Positions 50,117 through 58,452 of a stretch of 62,276 bases of DNA are shown piece by piece. Made by a program: the position numbers and the translations under genes. Position 1 is the first letter of the stretch. Each line of letters starts with the position of its first letter. The notes under the pieces were generated by a model. It had not been told where the DNA came from and made no database searches. It saw nothing but the letters and a program-made list of their open reading frames with translations. This DNA comes from a virus (taxonomy: Duplodnaviria > Caudoviricetes), in IMG/VR virus record IMGVR_UViG_3300032317_000090, positions 1-62,276 of that record; one strand, 5' to 3'.

Positions 50117-50422
50117 ATGAAATTCCCAGACCTACCCTACTACATCGTAAACGAAATCGACCGGCCTTGCGAGCGCCTCATTGCGCAAATGCAAGTGGAC
50201 GGAACGCTCAACTACGTCAACCCGGAGATGCGCGGGAAAAAGCAGTATCTCGGGATGAGCGCCGACGATGCCACGCCGGTTGAGGATTTCGGAATCACCC
50301 TCACACTCCACAAGAACGGCCTGCGCGGGTCGCACGATCCGGAGAAATCGGAGGCCACCTACAAGGACGGCAAGGAGCGCCGCTGGCAAGGCTCCCGCGA
50401 ATTCTGGTTCCCCCTGGCATGA
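50117..50422 (+). CDS. Hypothetical protein
   Basis: Stop overlaps next ATG. Confidence 0.55.
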   Translation: MKFPDLPYYIVNEIDRPCERLIAQMQVDGTLNYVNPEMRGKKQYLGMSADDATPVEDFGITLTLHKNGLRGSHDPEKSEATYKDGKERRWQGSREFWFPLA

Positions 50423-51114
50423 AAATCTGCATCCAGCAAGGCTACGAGGGGCGCGAGCGTACTGCCGTGATTCGCTACGCTTTACAAGAGGGAATCCAGA
50501 TCCACGTAACGCCGGAGCCGTCTTGCGACTCGATCCCGGTTGGCACCGTGGAGTTCTGCCAACAAATCTTCGGCAAGCATCGCGTGGACTTCTATCCGGA
50601 CATCTTTCCACTCGGCCGAAGCGTCTTCTATGCGGACGACAGGCGAAGCATTCTCACCGCCGAGTTCCTGGCCCTTCGCACAGGTAGCGGCGTTTTCGTG
50701 AAGCGGGCGGGCGTTTGGAAGGATGAGAATCACCCGGCCCGGGTTTTCCGGCAAGAGAAGATCACCACGCCGCCGCCGTTTTGGTATTCGACTCCCGTTG
50801 TCTTTGTTGAGGAATGGCGGCTCTACGTGTTGAATGGCCAGATCCTCGCGGCGGCTTGGTATGCGGGCACGGACGAGGATGCCGAATTGCAGGATTTCCA
50901 CCTTGGCCGGATCGGGCGCGGATTCCCCCGGAACTTCTCCGGAGCTGTAGACATCGGCCTCACCGACAAGGGGAACTTCCTGCTTGTCGAAGCCCAACCG
51001 CCGTTCGCCTGCGGATGGTATGGCGAATCCGAAGACTTCGCGCTCTACGGTCGGTGGATCGTGGAAGGCTGGCAAAATGCCGAGTGGTGGAAGGATGACC
51101 CAAGGGTCGTATGA
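50419..51114 (+). CDS. ATP-grasp ligase (DUF4343/R2K-like)
   Basis: VGTVEF, VFVKR, EEWRLYVLNGQI, VDIG...LVE...ACGWYG. Confidence 0.75.
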   Translation: MKICIQQGYEGRERTAVIRYALQEGIQIHVTPEPSCDSIPVGTVEFCQQIFGKHRVDFYPDIFPLGRSVFYADDRRSILTAEFLALRTGSGVFVKRAGVWKDENHPARVFRQEKITTPPPFWYSTPVVFVEEWRLYVLNGQILAAAWYAGTDEDAELQDFHLGRIGRGFPRNFSGAVDIGLTDKGNFLLVEAQPPFACGWYGESEDFALYGRWIVEGWQNAEWWKDDPRVV

Positions 51115-51437
51115 ATGCCGGGGTCTGCTCTTCATTCTGCCATCCTGACGAACCATGCTCCATCACGGAGGATGGAATTTGTGACGCGAGACGCCCAGCT
51201 ACAAAAACCATGAGTGACACGCCCCCACCAGTCTACCGGATTCCAGCCGGAACCGTCGTCGCCGTGTCCCCGGCGGAAGAAAAGCTCAGCTTTAAATCCC
51301 ACATCATGCGCCGCGACCTTACCGCCGCCGCCATGGATAACGGCTACGGCCTGCCGGTGACTTGTCTCGGGATGGCCTTCTTCGAGGTGGATGGCCGAAT
51401 CATTCGGGTGAAGCGCCGCCTACTTCGGAAGCCATAA
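51111..51437 (+). CDS. Hypothetical protein (start may be 51210)
   Basis: Operon context. Confidence 0.5.
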   Translation: MNAGVCSSFCHPDEPCSITEDGICDARRPATKTMSDTPPPVYRIPAGTVVAVSPAEEKLSFKSHIMRRDLTAAAMDNGYGLPVTCLGMAFFEVDGRIIRVKRRLLRKP

Positions 51438-51443
51438 CACCAC

Positions 51444-51479
51444 TTGACGCATCACGCTTAGGTGTTACTGTTGCTCGAT
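51444..51479 (+). promoter_or_regulatory. GGTGT promoter with TCACGCT in spacer, probably leaderless
   Basis: TTGACG-catcacgcttaggtgt-TACTGT-8nt-ATG. Confidence 0.7.
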
Positions 51480-52031
51480 ATGAAATACTTCATCGACCTT
51501 GAATTCATGGAGCTCCCCGGGACCATCGAACCGCTCTCGCTCGCAATTGTAGCCGAAGATGGCCGCGAGTTTTACGCGGAGGTGAGCAACGCCGCTTTCG
51601 CGGAGGCGAATGAGTTCGTCCGGGAACGCGTCATTCCGAATCTTTGGGGCTATCAGGAGAAAAAGTGGGACGAGTTTTGCGGCAAGCGTGGCCGGGGCGG
51701 TCTCATGCGTTTTCAGGACGTCTCCAGGAAGGTTCTCGAATTTATCGGGCCGGACACCGATCCGGTGTTTTGGGGTTACTATTGCGCCTACGATTGGGTT
51801 GGATTCTGCTGGTTCTTTGGGGCCATGATCGACCTTCCGAAAGGCTGGCCGATGTACTGCCGCGACATCAAGCAGCTTTGCGACGGCATGGGTAATCCAC
51901 GGCTCCCAAAATCGCCGGAAACGCATAACGCCCTGGACGACGCCCGCTGGGCGAGTCGCGCCCTTTACTTCCTTGAAGGGCTTGCCTATGCTCGCCAATC
52001 CTTCGCGGACGACAAAGACGCCGAATCATGA
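51480..52031 (+). CDS. DEDDh 3'-5' exoribonuclease (Rv2179c/RNase AS-like)
   Basis: YFIDLEF, YYCAYDWV, LPKGWPMYCRDIKQ, HNALDDARW. Confidence 0.88.
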   Translation: MKYFIDLEFMELPGTIEPLSLAIVAEDGREFYAEVSNAAFAEANEFVRERVIPNLWGYQEKKWDEFCGKRGRGGLMRFQDVSRKVLEFIGPDTDPVFWGYYCAYDWVGFCWFFGAMIDLPKGWPMYCRDIKQLCDGMGNPRLPKSPETHNALDDARWASRALYFLEGLAYARQSFADDKDAES

Positions 52032-52405
52032 CAGCGATTCTCACCGACCGCACCATGTGGCACCTTGACGAAGGGCTGGCGCTCTGCCGGGCAATCGAGA
52101 AGGTTTGCCCTCGCTTCGGATACCACGTCGCCCTTACCGGCGGCCTGCTTTACCGGGGCGGGCTCCGCAAGGATGCCGACATTCTCTTTTACTCGATCCG
52201 CAATGAGACCACCGATCAAGACGGCCTGTTCGTCGCGCTCAAAATCACGCTCGGAATCGAGCTTGTCGAGCATCATGGATTTGTGGTCAAAGCCATGATG
52301 GGCGTGAAATCCATCGACTTCTTTTTCCCGGAGCATGACGACGGCGAATACGGCGAAGATGGCGAGGACGATGAGGATACCGAGTTCGTTGAATTCGAAT
52401 CATGA
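52028..52405 (+). CDS. Minimal nucleotidyltransferase-like protein
   Basis: VALTGG...KDADIL...IDFF (Pol-beta-like hG[GS]..DxD..D). Confidence 0.6.
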   Translation: MTAILTDRTMWHLDEGLALCRAIEKVCPRFGYHVALTGGLLYRGGLRKDADILFYSIRNETTDQDGLFVALKITLGIELVEHHGFVVKAMMGVKSIDFFFPEHDDGEYGEDGEDDEDTEFVEFES

Positions 52406-52469
52406 AAGTACCAGAGCAATTCAGGCTGGCGTTCCTTCCAGGCTCCCGCTGGACTCACGTCGCGTAACC

Positions 52470-52745
52470 ATGGGCCGGGCTTATCAACAGGTAACCGAAA
52501 TTGGGCCGGGCGGGTGGAGCGACTGGATCGCCCCGGCGGAAAGCTACCGGATGGCTTGCTGTTCATGCGGGCTTGTCCACGATTTGCAGTTTCAGGCCGT
52601 TCCTGTGCTTGCTGACCACGGGAACGGTTTATGGACGCCAGGAGAGGCAATCGACCGTGATAAAGTCCGGGTGCTATTCCGCGCCCGGCGAAACAACCGG
52701 GCCACCGGCCAAGTCCGGCGACACAATAAACGGCGCAAAGCGTGA
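52470..52745 (+). CDS. Hypothetical Zn-ribbon protein
   Basis: YRMACCSCGLVH motif. Confidence 0.6.
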   Translation: MGRAYQQVTEIGPGGWSDWIAPAESYRMACCSCGLVHDLQFQAVPVLADHGNGLWTPGEAIDRDKVRVLFRARRNNRATGQVRRHNKRRKA

Positions 52746-52746
52746 T

Positions 52747-53187
52747 TCAGGAGCCGGGGTTAGACTCCTCAAGGAGTCCGGCCTCGTGCATGGCCTCAAT
52801 GTGCTTCCACCATAGCTCGGAGCATTCACGCTCCCAGCATGTCTGACAGACCGTTCCGCCGTTCCGGCTTGGCCAGTGGACATCATCCACGCCCATACCG
52901 GCCTTGCACCCGTCGCACGATGACGGCCTCAGCGCGAAGCTGAACACGCAGTAGCCGGGAGCGATGGCGTGGAAGTTCTCGCAGGCCATCTTGTAGGTAA
53001 TCCACGCTTCGATATAGCGCCCAGTGTAGCCGCCGCCCTTCCCGCCGGTCTTGTCCGACTCGAACTCGCAGAAAACGACCTTGTTTCCGACTTCAAACGG
53101 CCTGTCGTTCAGCCGGATCTCGAAGGTTTTCTGTCCAAGCCTGACCGGATCGAAATAAGCCGGGTGGATCTTGAGATTGTGGGTCAT
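52747..53187 (-). CDS. ASCH/PUA-domain protein (DUF3850-like)
   Basis: HNLKIHPAYF...GQKTFEIRLNDRPFEVG...YTGR. Confidence 0.85.
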   Translation of the reverse strand: MTHNLKIHPAYFDPVRLGQKTFEIRLNDRPFEVGNKVVFCEFESDKTGGKGGGYTGRYIEAWITYKMACENFHAIAPGYCVFSFALRPSSCDGCKAGMGVDDVHWPSRNGGTVCQTCWERECSELWWKHIEAMHEAGLLEESNPGS

Positions 53188-53684
53188 GCTGAGGGTTTGC
53201 CGAGTTTCACCGCGAGTTCCCGGCACCGCTTGGCGTCTGGGAGCGTACGCTTTCCGGAGGCGCACTCGAAAAGCTCGATCTCCACGGCGGCCCGGCGGTT
53301 CATCATCTCCGCAACCCATCCGGTATCCACGGACTCGCGGGCGGCGGCGGCAGTAGCGCGGGCGCAGATTCCGCCCAGTTGCCAGTGGGTCAGCCCCTTG
53401 CTGGCCATCCAGTCCTCCACGCTCTCAGCGGCGCGGAGGATGCACTCCGGGACCATCACCAGCCCGTTGCGCGTCATGATCGTGACTCTCACCCCTGGAA
53501 GCCCCGCCGGTGTCTCCACGGGCTCCGGATCGGGGCCGTCGATCCAATAGGTGAAGCCAAGAACACCAAGCCTCGACGTTCGCCTCGCGTGTTCCTCGAT
53601 AGCCTCCTCGCGTGTATCGCAAGGTTGCGCGATGAACGCATCCCCGTCCGGCCCTATCCCCATTACTGCCCATGGCTTATCCAT
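53184..53684 (-). CDS. Hypothetical protein
   Basis: Follows TTGACT-16(GGTGT)-TATCGT-5nt-ATG. Confidence 0.65.
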   Translation of the reverse strand: MDKPWAVMGIGPDGDAFIAQPCDTREEAIEEHARRTSRLGVLGFTYWIDGPDPEPVETPAGLPGVRVTIMTRNGLVMVPECILRAAESVEDWMASKGLTHWQLGGICARATAAAARESVDTGWVAEMMNRRAAVEIELFECASGKRTLPDAKRCRELAVKLGKPSA

Positions 53685-53717
53685 CCTTCACGATAACACC
53701 TATTAAGAGAAAGTCAA

Positions 53718-54074
53718 TCACCATTCGACAAGGAAGCCGGTGAATGACGGCATCTTGAAGTATTGGCGGATCTCCACGGCGTTTTTGAAGCCAAGGGATT
53801 TGGCGAAACACTCCGAGCAAGGGTGCATTTGCGCTTCCGGGTGGCCGGTGGCCAGGGAAACCCCGTTGGCGTCGATGAAAACGCCGGTCACCTTCTTGAT
53901 TTCGGCCTTTTTCACGACCATCTTACTACCCTTTACGTTGACCGTGCAGGCGATCGCGTCGCCGGGGCGTGGATCGTTGCCAGCTTTCTCGATCAGGCCG
54001 ATTGTTTTCGTGCCGGAGAAGAGTTCATCTTCCAGCCGGTCGGGGAATTGCACAAAATGAATAGGTTTTTCCAT
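53718..54074 (-). CDS. Divergent ASCH-like protein
   Basis: F...SGTKT...PGD...FAKSLGF...F.GFLVEW. Confidence 0.5.
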   Translation of the reverse strand: MEKPIHFVQFPDRLEDELFSGTKTIGLIEKAGNDPRPGDAIACTVNVKGSKMVVKKAEIKKVTGVFIDANGVSLATGHPEAQMHPCSECFAKSLGFKNAVEIRQYFKMPSFTGFLVEW

Positions 54075-54076
54075 GA

Positions 54077-54313
54077 TTATTTCGTTAAAAGTTTCCCAGC
54101 GATTCCAATTGCGGCCCCGATCAAGCCGCCGGGCGTGGTTTGGGCCTTCGCTGTCGTGCCAATGAGGCCGTTGTTGCTGATTTCGGCCCGAAGGCCGATC
54201 GAAACCGTTCTCTCCCACCTGCCGTCAGGGTATCGGACGGTTCGAGAGGTGAAGCAAGAGCATTGACCGGCGGCCAAGATGAGCGTAAGCGCGATTCTGA
54301 GCGTGGTTTTCAT
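54077..54313 (-). CDS. Putative lipoprotein
   Basis: Basic N-terminus, hydrophobic stretch, Cys. Confidence 0.55.
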   Translation of the reverse strand: MKTTLRIALTLILAAGQCSCFTSRTVRYPDGRWERTVSIGLRAEISNNGLIGTTAKAQTTPGGLIGAAIGIAGKLLTK

Positions 54314-54879
54314 TCGATGATCCTCGCAATGTGCTTGGCTGGCGCTCCAAGGTCACCAATCTCTCCGTTGTTGTCCACGGAGATGGTATGAAGACCTTGG
54401 ACGCTCCACCAAGAGCGAGTATCACCCTTGAATGTGGTCCCCTTGCGCAGCATCCGAACTTGAAGACAGTTTGAAAGGCCGACACAATTAATTACCGGCT
54501 CCGCCTCCTGCCGGAATCCGGAATCCGTGAGGATTAGAGCGCCATCAGCAAAGCAAATGAAGTTGGCCGCGCGAGCCAAGAGCGCATTCCCGAAAGCCTC
54601 AGCGCCCAGTGCAGGCTTGATGAACTCTTCGCTGAGCTTCTGGTAAAAGACGCGCAAAGACAAGCCCCCGAGAAAGGGGCAGGGCTCGTTTTTGAGTTTC
54701 TCCCGATAAAGCCTGAACTTCTCCTGGGACGGGAAAAGCGGCATGGCCATATCGTCGAGAAGCCGGGCAAACTTGTCGATGACGGCCCGGCGGCCGGGAT
54801 CGAGCGCCGCCAGGATGGCATTGCCCATGGTATCCTTGCCGCTCCCTGGTGGCCCGACTATGAAAATTACTTGAGTCAT
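54310..54879 (-). CDS. Deoxynucleoside monophosphate kinase
   Basis: GPPGSGKDT, KFA, R..YQKLSEEFIKP, TDSGFRQE, DTR. Confidence 0.85.
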   Translation of the reverse strand: MTQVIFIVGPPGSGKDTMGNAILAALDPGRRAVIDKFARLLDDMAMPLFPSQEKFRLYREKLKNEPCPFLGGLSLRVFYQKLSEEFIKPALGAEAFGNALLARAANFICFADGALILTDSGFRQEAEPVINCVGLSNCLQVRMLRKGTTFKGDTRSWWSVQGLHTISVDNNGEIGDLGAPAKHIARIIE

Positions 54880-55007
54880 TTCGTTTTTCTTCTGGTTCTG
54901 ATTTTTCGGCGGATGAAACGGAAATAATGAAGCAACACGGCCAGGATCGAACTACCATAAATGGCCCAGATTGCCAGTTGCGGAATTAGCCACGGCGAGA
55001 CTTTCAC
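54876..55007 (-). CDS. 43-aa single-TM microprotein
   Basis: MKVSPWLIPQLAIWAIYGSSILAVLLHYFRFIRRKIRTRRKTK*; GTGA and ATGA overlaps at both ends. Confidence 0.6.
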   Translation of the reverse strand: MKVSPWLIPQLAIWAIYGSSILAVLLHYFRFIRRKIRTRRKTK

Positions 55008-55393
55008 ACTTCGGGCCGGAGTAAGACTTTCTCCCCCTTCGAGTTCGGCCGCGCAAGCTGACCGAACGGCCCGCGCACCTTGCCACCAAGATCAAACCTG
55101 ACCATGGCAAGCTCCAGGCCGCCGGAGTAAATCTTGCCCTTCATGCCGTGGCGCGGATCGCCGGGACAGTCGATAACAACGCGCTGGTCGATGCCGGGCT
55201 CAACGGTGCCGGGATCAACAATCATCGTATCCACAATGTCATCGAACTGTGGCCCCTCCAGATTGAGTTTTGAGATTTCGAGAAACCTCCGAGGGTTGAG
55301 TTTCCGGAGAGTCTCGTAACGGAGCCAGCCATGGGCAAGCTCGGTTGGATTGCGAGACGTCAGCGCCTCGGTGATTTTAGTTGCAATGCTCAT
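55004..55393 (-). CDS. Hypothetical protein
   Basis: Operon context. Confidence 0.6.
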   Translation of the reverse strand: MSIATKITEALTSRNPTELAHGWLRYETLRKLNPRRFLEISKLNLEGPQFDDIVDTMIVDPGTVEPGIDQRVVIDCPGDPRHGMKGKIYSGGLELAMVRFDLGGKVRGPFGQLARPNSKGEKVLLRPEV

Positions 55394-55396
55394 AAA

Positions 55397-55660
55397 TTAG
55401 TTAAGGCCGATGGTTTGGAAAGTCTCGTATTCTTTCGGTAGGTGCATCACGCTCAAATCGGTCACCGGCTCCGGCCCGACGTCTGAAAGAATCCATCCAG
55501 GGTTGGAGACGTTCGAGGGATGCGCCAAGAAAATCTGGTTTACAAACGTCCGATACCACCGGAAGCCGTCATGCAGAATGGCATGATTCGCCCGCGCCAG
55601 CAGAATGTAGGCGTGAAGCTCTTCCTTCGTGAATCGGTGGCATGGCGGAGGCTTCAACAT
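55397..55660 (-). CDS. Hypothetical protein
   Basis: Operon context. Confidence 0.5.
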   Translation of the reverse strand: MLKPPPCHRFTKEELHAYILLARANHAILHDGFRWYRTFVNQIFLAHPSNVSNPGWILSDVGPEPVTDLSVMHLPKEYETFQTIGLN

Positions 55661-56103
55661 GAAACGTGCTTCCAGTGTTGGCGGTTACGGATGCGAAAAG
55701 CTTGCGTACAGCTTATGCCGAACTGTTTACCGATTGCGCGGAGAGTTCCAACGGCTGAGCGGATTTCCCGAATGTCATCATCGGTGAGCTTGGCCATCTT
55801 GTTTACAACCCCGCGATTACTCCGCCCCTTGATGACGCAATCCGCCATGTTGTCGGCATTTGTCCCGAGAAAAAGGTGATCCGGGTTTACGCAAACAGGG
55901 TTATCGCAACGATGGCAGGCGTGAAGGTCGCCAGGATTTCTTCCGGCGATCATCAAGGAGACTCGATGGGCGGCATACGCTTTATTTCCAATGGAAAGCC
56001 TGCCGTAACCCCTGCTGTCTTTTGCTCCAGTCCACTCCCAGCAACCATCTGTCTTGCGGACCTTTGCGAAAAAGTTTTGCTTATTTTGTTCGGTTATCTT
56101 CAT
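55654..56103 (-). CDS. HNH homing endonuclease with C-terminal HTH
   Basis: CWEWTGA...GYG...AHR...CHRCDNPVCVNPDHLFLGTNADN. Confidence 0.92.
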   Translation of the reverse strand: MKITEQNKQNFFAKVRKTDGCWEWTGAKDSRGYGRLSIGNKAYAAHRVSLMIAGRNPGDLHACHRCDNPVCVNPDHLFLGTNADNMADCVIKGRSNRGVVNKMAKLTDDDIREIRSAVGTLRAIGKQFGISCTQAFRIRNRQHWKHVSC

Positions 56104-56585
56104 GACTCGATTTCCTCATGCTCGCCGTTCAGGTAGGCGGTGATTCGTGCTGCGGCCTCCTCCCAGCCGTAAGCTACGGCGGTTGACCAACGCTCTGCTT
56201 CAAAGCGTGCAATCACGTTCAGTTGAGCCTCTGAAATCACGCTCCGCTTCCGGCGCTTCAACTCCAGCGCCAAGCCGTGCCGCCCTCTGCAAGCCCGGAT
56301 CAAGAGAAAATCGGGAGCGCCGGGAAGTAAGCCTTGCCGTTTGAGCGCCGCCCCCTGCCGGGCGGATCTTTTACCCTCATTCGCGCAGTGGAGAAAGAGA
56401 ATCCGAGGATGAGTCAATCTCATCCAGCGCACGAGACACTCTGCCTCGTGCGCTTCGGTGGGCGGCGCTGCCCTTCGTTTCGGTGATTCTGCGTCCACGC
56501 CGAGGAGTTTAACACCAGTTCGGATTTCGTCAACACCAGCCTTGGAAAAAGCGGAACCGATTGACAAATTGAATTTCTGTGCCAA
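56100..56585 (-). CDS. VRR-NUC domain nuclease (resolvase-like)
   Basis: HCANEG...GLLPGAPD...LELK...SEAQ. Confidence 0.85.
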   Translation of the reverse strand: MAQKFNLSIGSAFSKAGVDEIRTGVKLLGVDAESPKRRAAPPTEAHEAECLVRWMRLTHPRILFLHCANEGKRSARQGAALKRQGLLPGAPDFLLIRACRGRHGLALELKRRKRSVISEAQLNVIARFEAERWSTAVAYGWEEAAARITAYLNGEHEEIES

Positions 56586-56639
56586 CTTTACTGTAAGTTA
56601 AAGGTTCAACGCACCAAACCTTTCAAAAAGAGGTGCAAA

Positions 56640-57025
56640 AGTGGCAGACCCTTTGGACTGTCAACGCCGCTTGTGGGCGTTTAAAGCCGGTTGGATCAGA
56701 TGCTCGCAGGCGGAAACTCCTGCAAAGGCAAGTGTCGCACGCCTGAAACAAAAGGGAGGTGAGACCAGAAGGGAGAGATACCCCGAATGCCGTCCGAGTA
56801 TTGGTTTGCTTCCCGGTGCAAGTTCGCGAGCCCTAGTCCATCAAGCAAGCCAGGGGGTTCTCCCATGCGTCATTTCCAAAACCACCGAAACCTGAGAATG
56901 GACGGCGGCGGAGGAAGAAATCCGAAAACCAAGTAAATCTTTTGGGGGTCGGGAGCGCGCAGGGGGGTATTGCAGTAGACCTAATTTTGTCGTGTACGCG
57001 AGTCGCGGCGGGTGAGCTTGACTCG
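56640..57025 (+). ncRNA. Candidate structured non-coding RNA
   Basis: Several nested stems with G-U pairs favouring + strand, A-rich linkers, possible pseudoknot; no family recognised. Confidence 0.45.
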
Positions 57026-57045
57026 TTAAAGCGGTGCGCCTAATA

Positions 57046-57084
57046 GGTGTTGACAGGATGCAAAAAGGTGTTACAGTGAGCGCT
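57046..57084 (+). promoter_or_regulatory. GGTGTT-repeat promoter, probably leaderless
   Basis: TTGACA-16-TACAGT-7nt-ATG; GGTGTT at 57046 and 57067. Confidence 0.75.
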
Positions 57085-57315
57085 ATGTCCAACGAAGCCA
57101 GCCTCGATTTCAGATTGCCAGATGACGCCGACATCTTCGCCAGCGTCCGCCGCACCCCGGCGGAGCCGCATCGCGTCCCGCATAAAACCTATCACTGCAT
57201 GGCCCAGTGCGGCCCCGATTACACCGAGCGCAAGCAACCGCTGAGCGCCGTGGAAATTCGCGACCCGAAAGTCCCACTGCCGCGCCAAAAAATCACCGGG
57301 CTCTACGAATATTGA
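57085..57315 (+). CDS. Hypothetical protein
   Basis: Promoter-adjacent ATG. Confidence 0.55.
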   Translation: MSNEASLDFRLPDDADIFASVRRTPAEPHRVPHKTYHCMAQCGPDYTERKQPLSAVEIRDPKVPLPRQKITGLYEY

Positions 57316-57350
57316 TTTGCGCCCCGGAAGAACTCGATTATTTTTCCGCC

Positions 57351-57806
57351 ATGCCGCTCGCCCCAAAACTTTTCAAAGTTACGGGGTTATCTGCCGAAAA
57401 CCAAGTCATCTATTCCGCCATCATGGACATCAAAGCCGCTCTCGAAACCATCAAGGAAAACCTTAGCGTTGCCTTCACCGAACTCACCACGACCGTCTCC
57501 GATCTCTCGGGCAAGGTTGCGGACCTCACCAATGCGCTTGCCGTCGGGCCGGTCGCAGTCACCGAAGACGTCAAGCAACTGCTCGAAGACGTGACCGTTC
57601 TCAGCGCCAAGCTGGAAGCGATCGTCCCGAATGCAATCTCGGCTGTCGCTGATCCTGTCCCTACTCCGGACGCTCCTGTCCCGGCCAGCGAAGCTCAAGC
57701 GCCCGTCGAAGTTCCTGTCGCATCCGGTGAAGTTGCTCCCGAAGTTACCCCGACTCCCGAGCCCCCGGTGACCGATCCCGGCACCGAGCCTCCGCAGGTC
57801 AACTAA
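57351..57806 (+). CDS. Coiled-coil protein with Pro/Glu-rich tail
   Basis: Heptad repeat; followed by terminator; start may be 57423. Confidence 0.6.
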   Translation: MPLAPKLFKVTGLSAENQVIYSAIMDIKAALETIKENLSVAFTELTTTVSDLSGKVADLTNALAVGPVAVTEDVKQLLEDVTVLSAKLEAIVPNAISAVADPVPTPDAPVPASEAQAPVEVPVASGEVAPEVTPTPEPPVTDPGTEPPQVN

Positions 57807-57858
57807 CCCGCTCTATCAACACCATAACGCTTGTTTGACGCGCCACCGTTAAGCAAGG

Positions 57859-57897
57859 AAGCCCGGGGGACTGAAATCCTCCGGGCTTTTTTGTTTT
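57859..57897 (+). terminator. Rho-independent terminator
   Basis: AAGCCCGGGGGA-CTGAAA-TCCTCCGGGCTT then T-tract. Confidence 0.88.
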
Positions 57898-57934
57898 CTT
57901 GACCCAAAGAACTCTAGGCGTAATAGTTTCCGAC

Positions 57935-58441
57935 GTGGCAAAGAAAACAGTCGAAGAGCGTATCGCGGAAGCTATCCGAATCCACCCAACCAAGACGCCA
58001 GCCCAACTCGCGCGGAACCTCCTGGGAATCAAAACGGAGGACGTCTTCAACTCCCAAGCGTGGAAGGATGCTGGACGCTTCACTCCGGAGGAATTGCTCC
58101 GCCGCTCAATTGCGGGCATGTCCACGCCGATCACGCCGATCACGCCGGTCAGCGCCGATCACGCGCCCCACCTAAAGCCCGGCCACTGCGTTGCCGACTT
58201 CCTCAAGGCCAACGATCCGGAGAAGCTCATCGAAGCCGGGATCGCCAAGTATCTCTCGAAGCCTGGAACCTACTATCCAGACGCGGAATTCCGCGAGCTG
58301 TGCAAGGTCCACGTTGGACGCTGGCGGCGATTTGCCGATCTCCAGAAGTATGAGAAGTATCGCTTCGTTCGCGGCAAGCACAACAACTGGGCGCACCCGG
58401 ACGACGTGGAGAAAATGGTTTCTGCGGTTGGACTACTCTAA
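57935..58441 (+). CDS. Hypothetical protein
   Basis: GTG after TTGACC-16-TAATAG; upstream of phosphoesterase. Confidence 0.6.
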   Translation: MAKKTVEERIAEAIRIHPTKTPAQLARNLLGIKTEDVFNSQAWKDAGRFTPEELLRRSIAGMSTPITPITPVSADHAPHLKPGHCVADFLKANDPEKLIEAGIAKYLSKPGTYYPDAEFRELCKVHVGRWRRFADLQKYEKYRFVRGKHNNWAHPDDVEKMVSAVGLL

Positions 58442-58452
58442 CACTTACTCAA

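Noticed and set aside
55654-56103. HNH plus nearby structured RNA as an IscB/OMEGA-like system
   Set aside because: The protein is a 149-aa ordinary HNH-HTH homing type with no RuvC or PLMP features, and lies on the opposite strand beyond another gene
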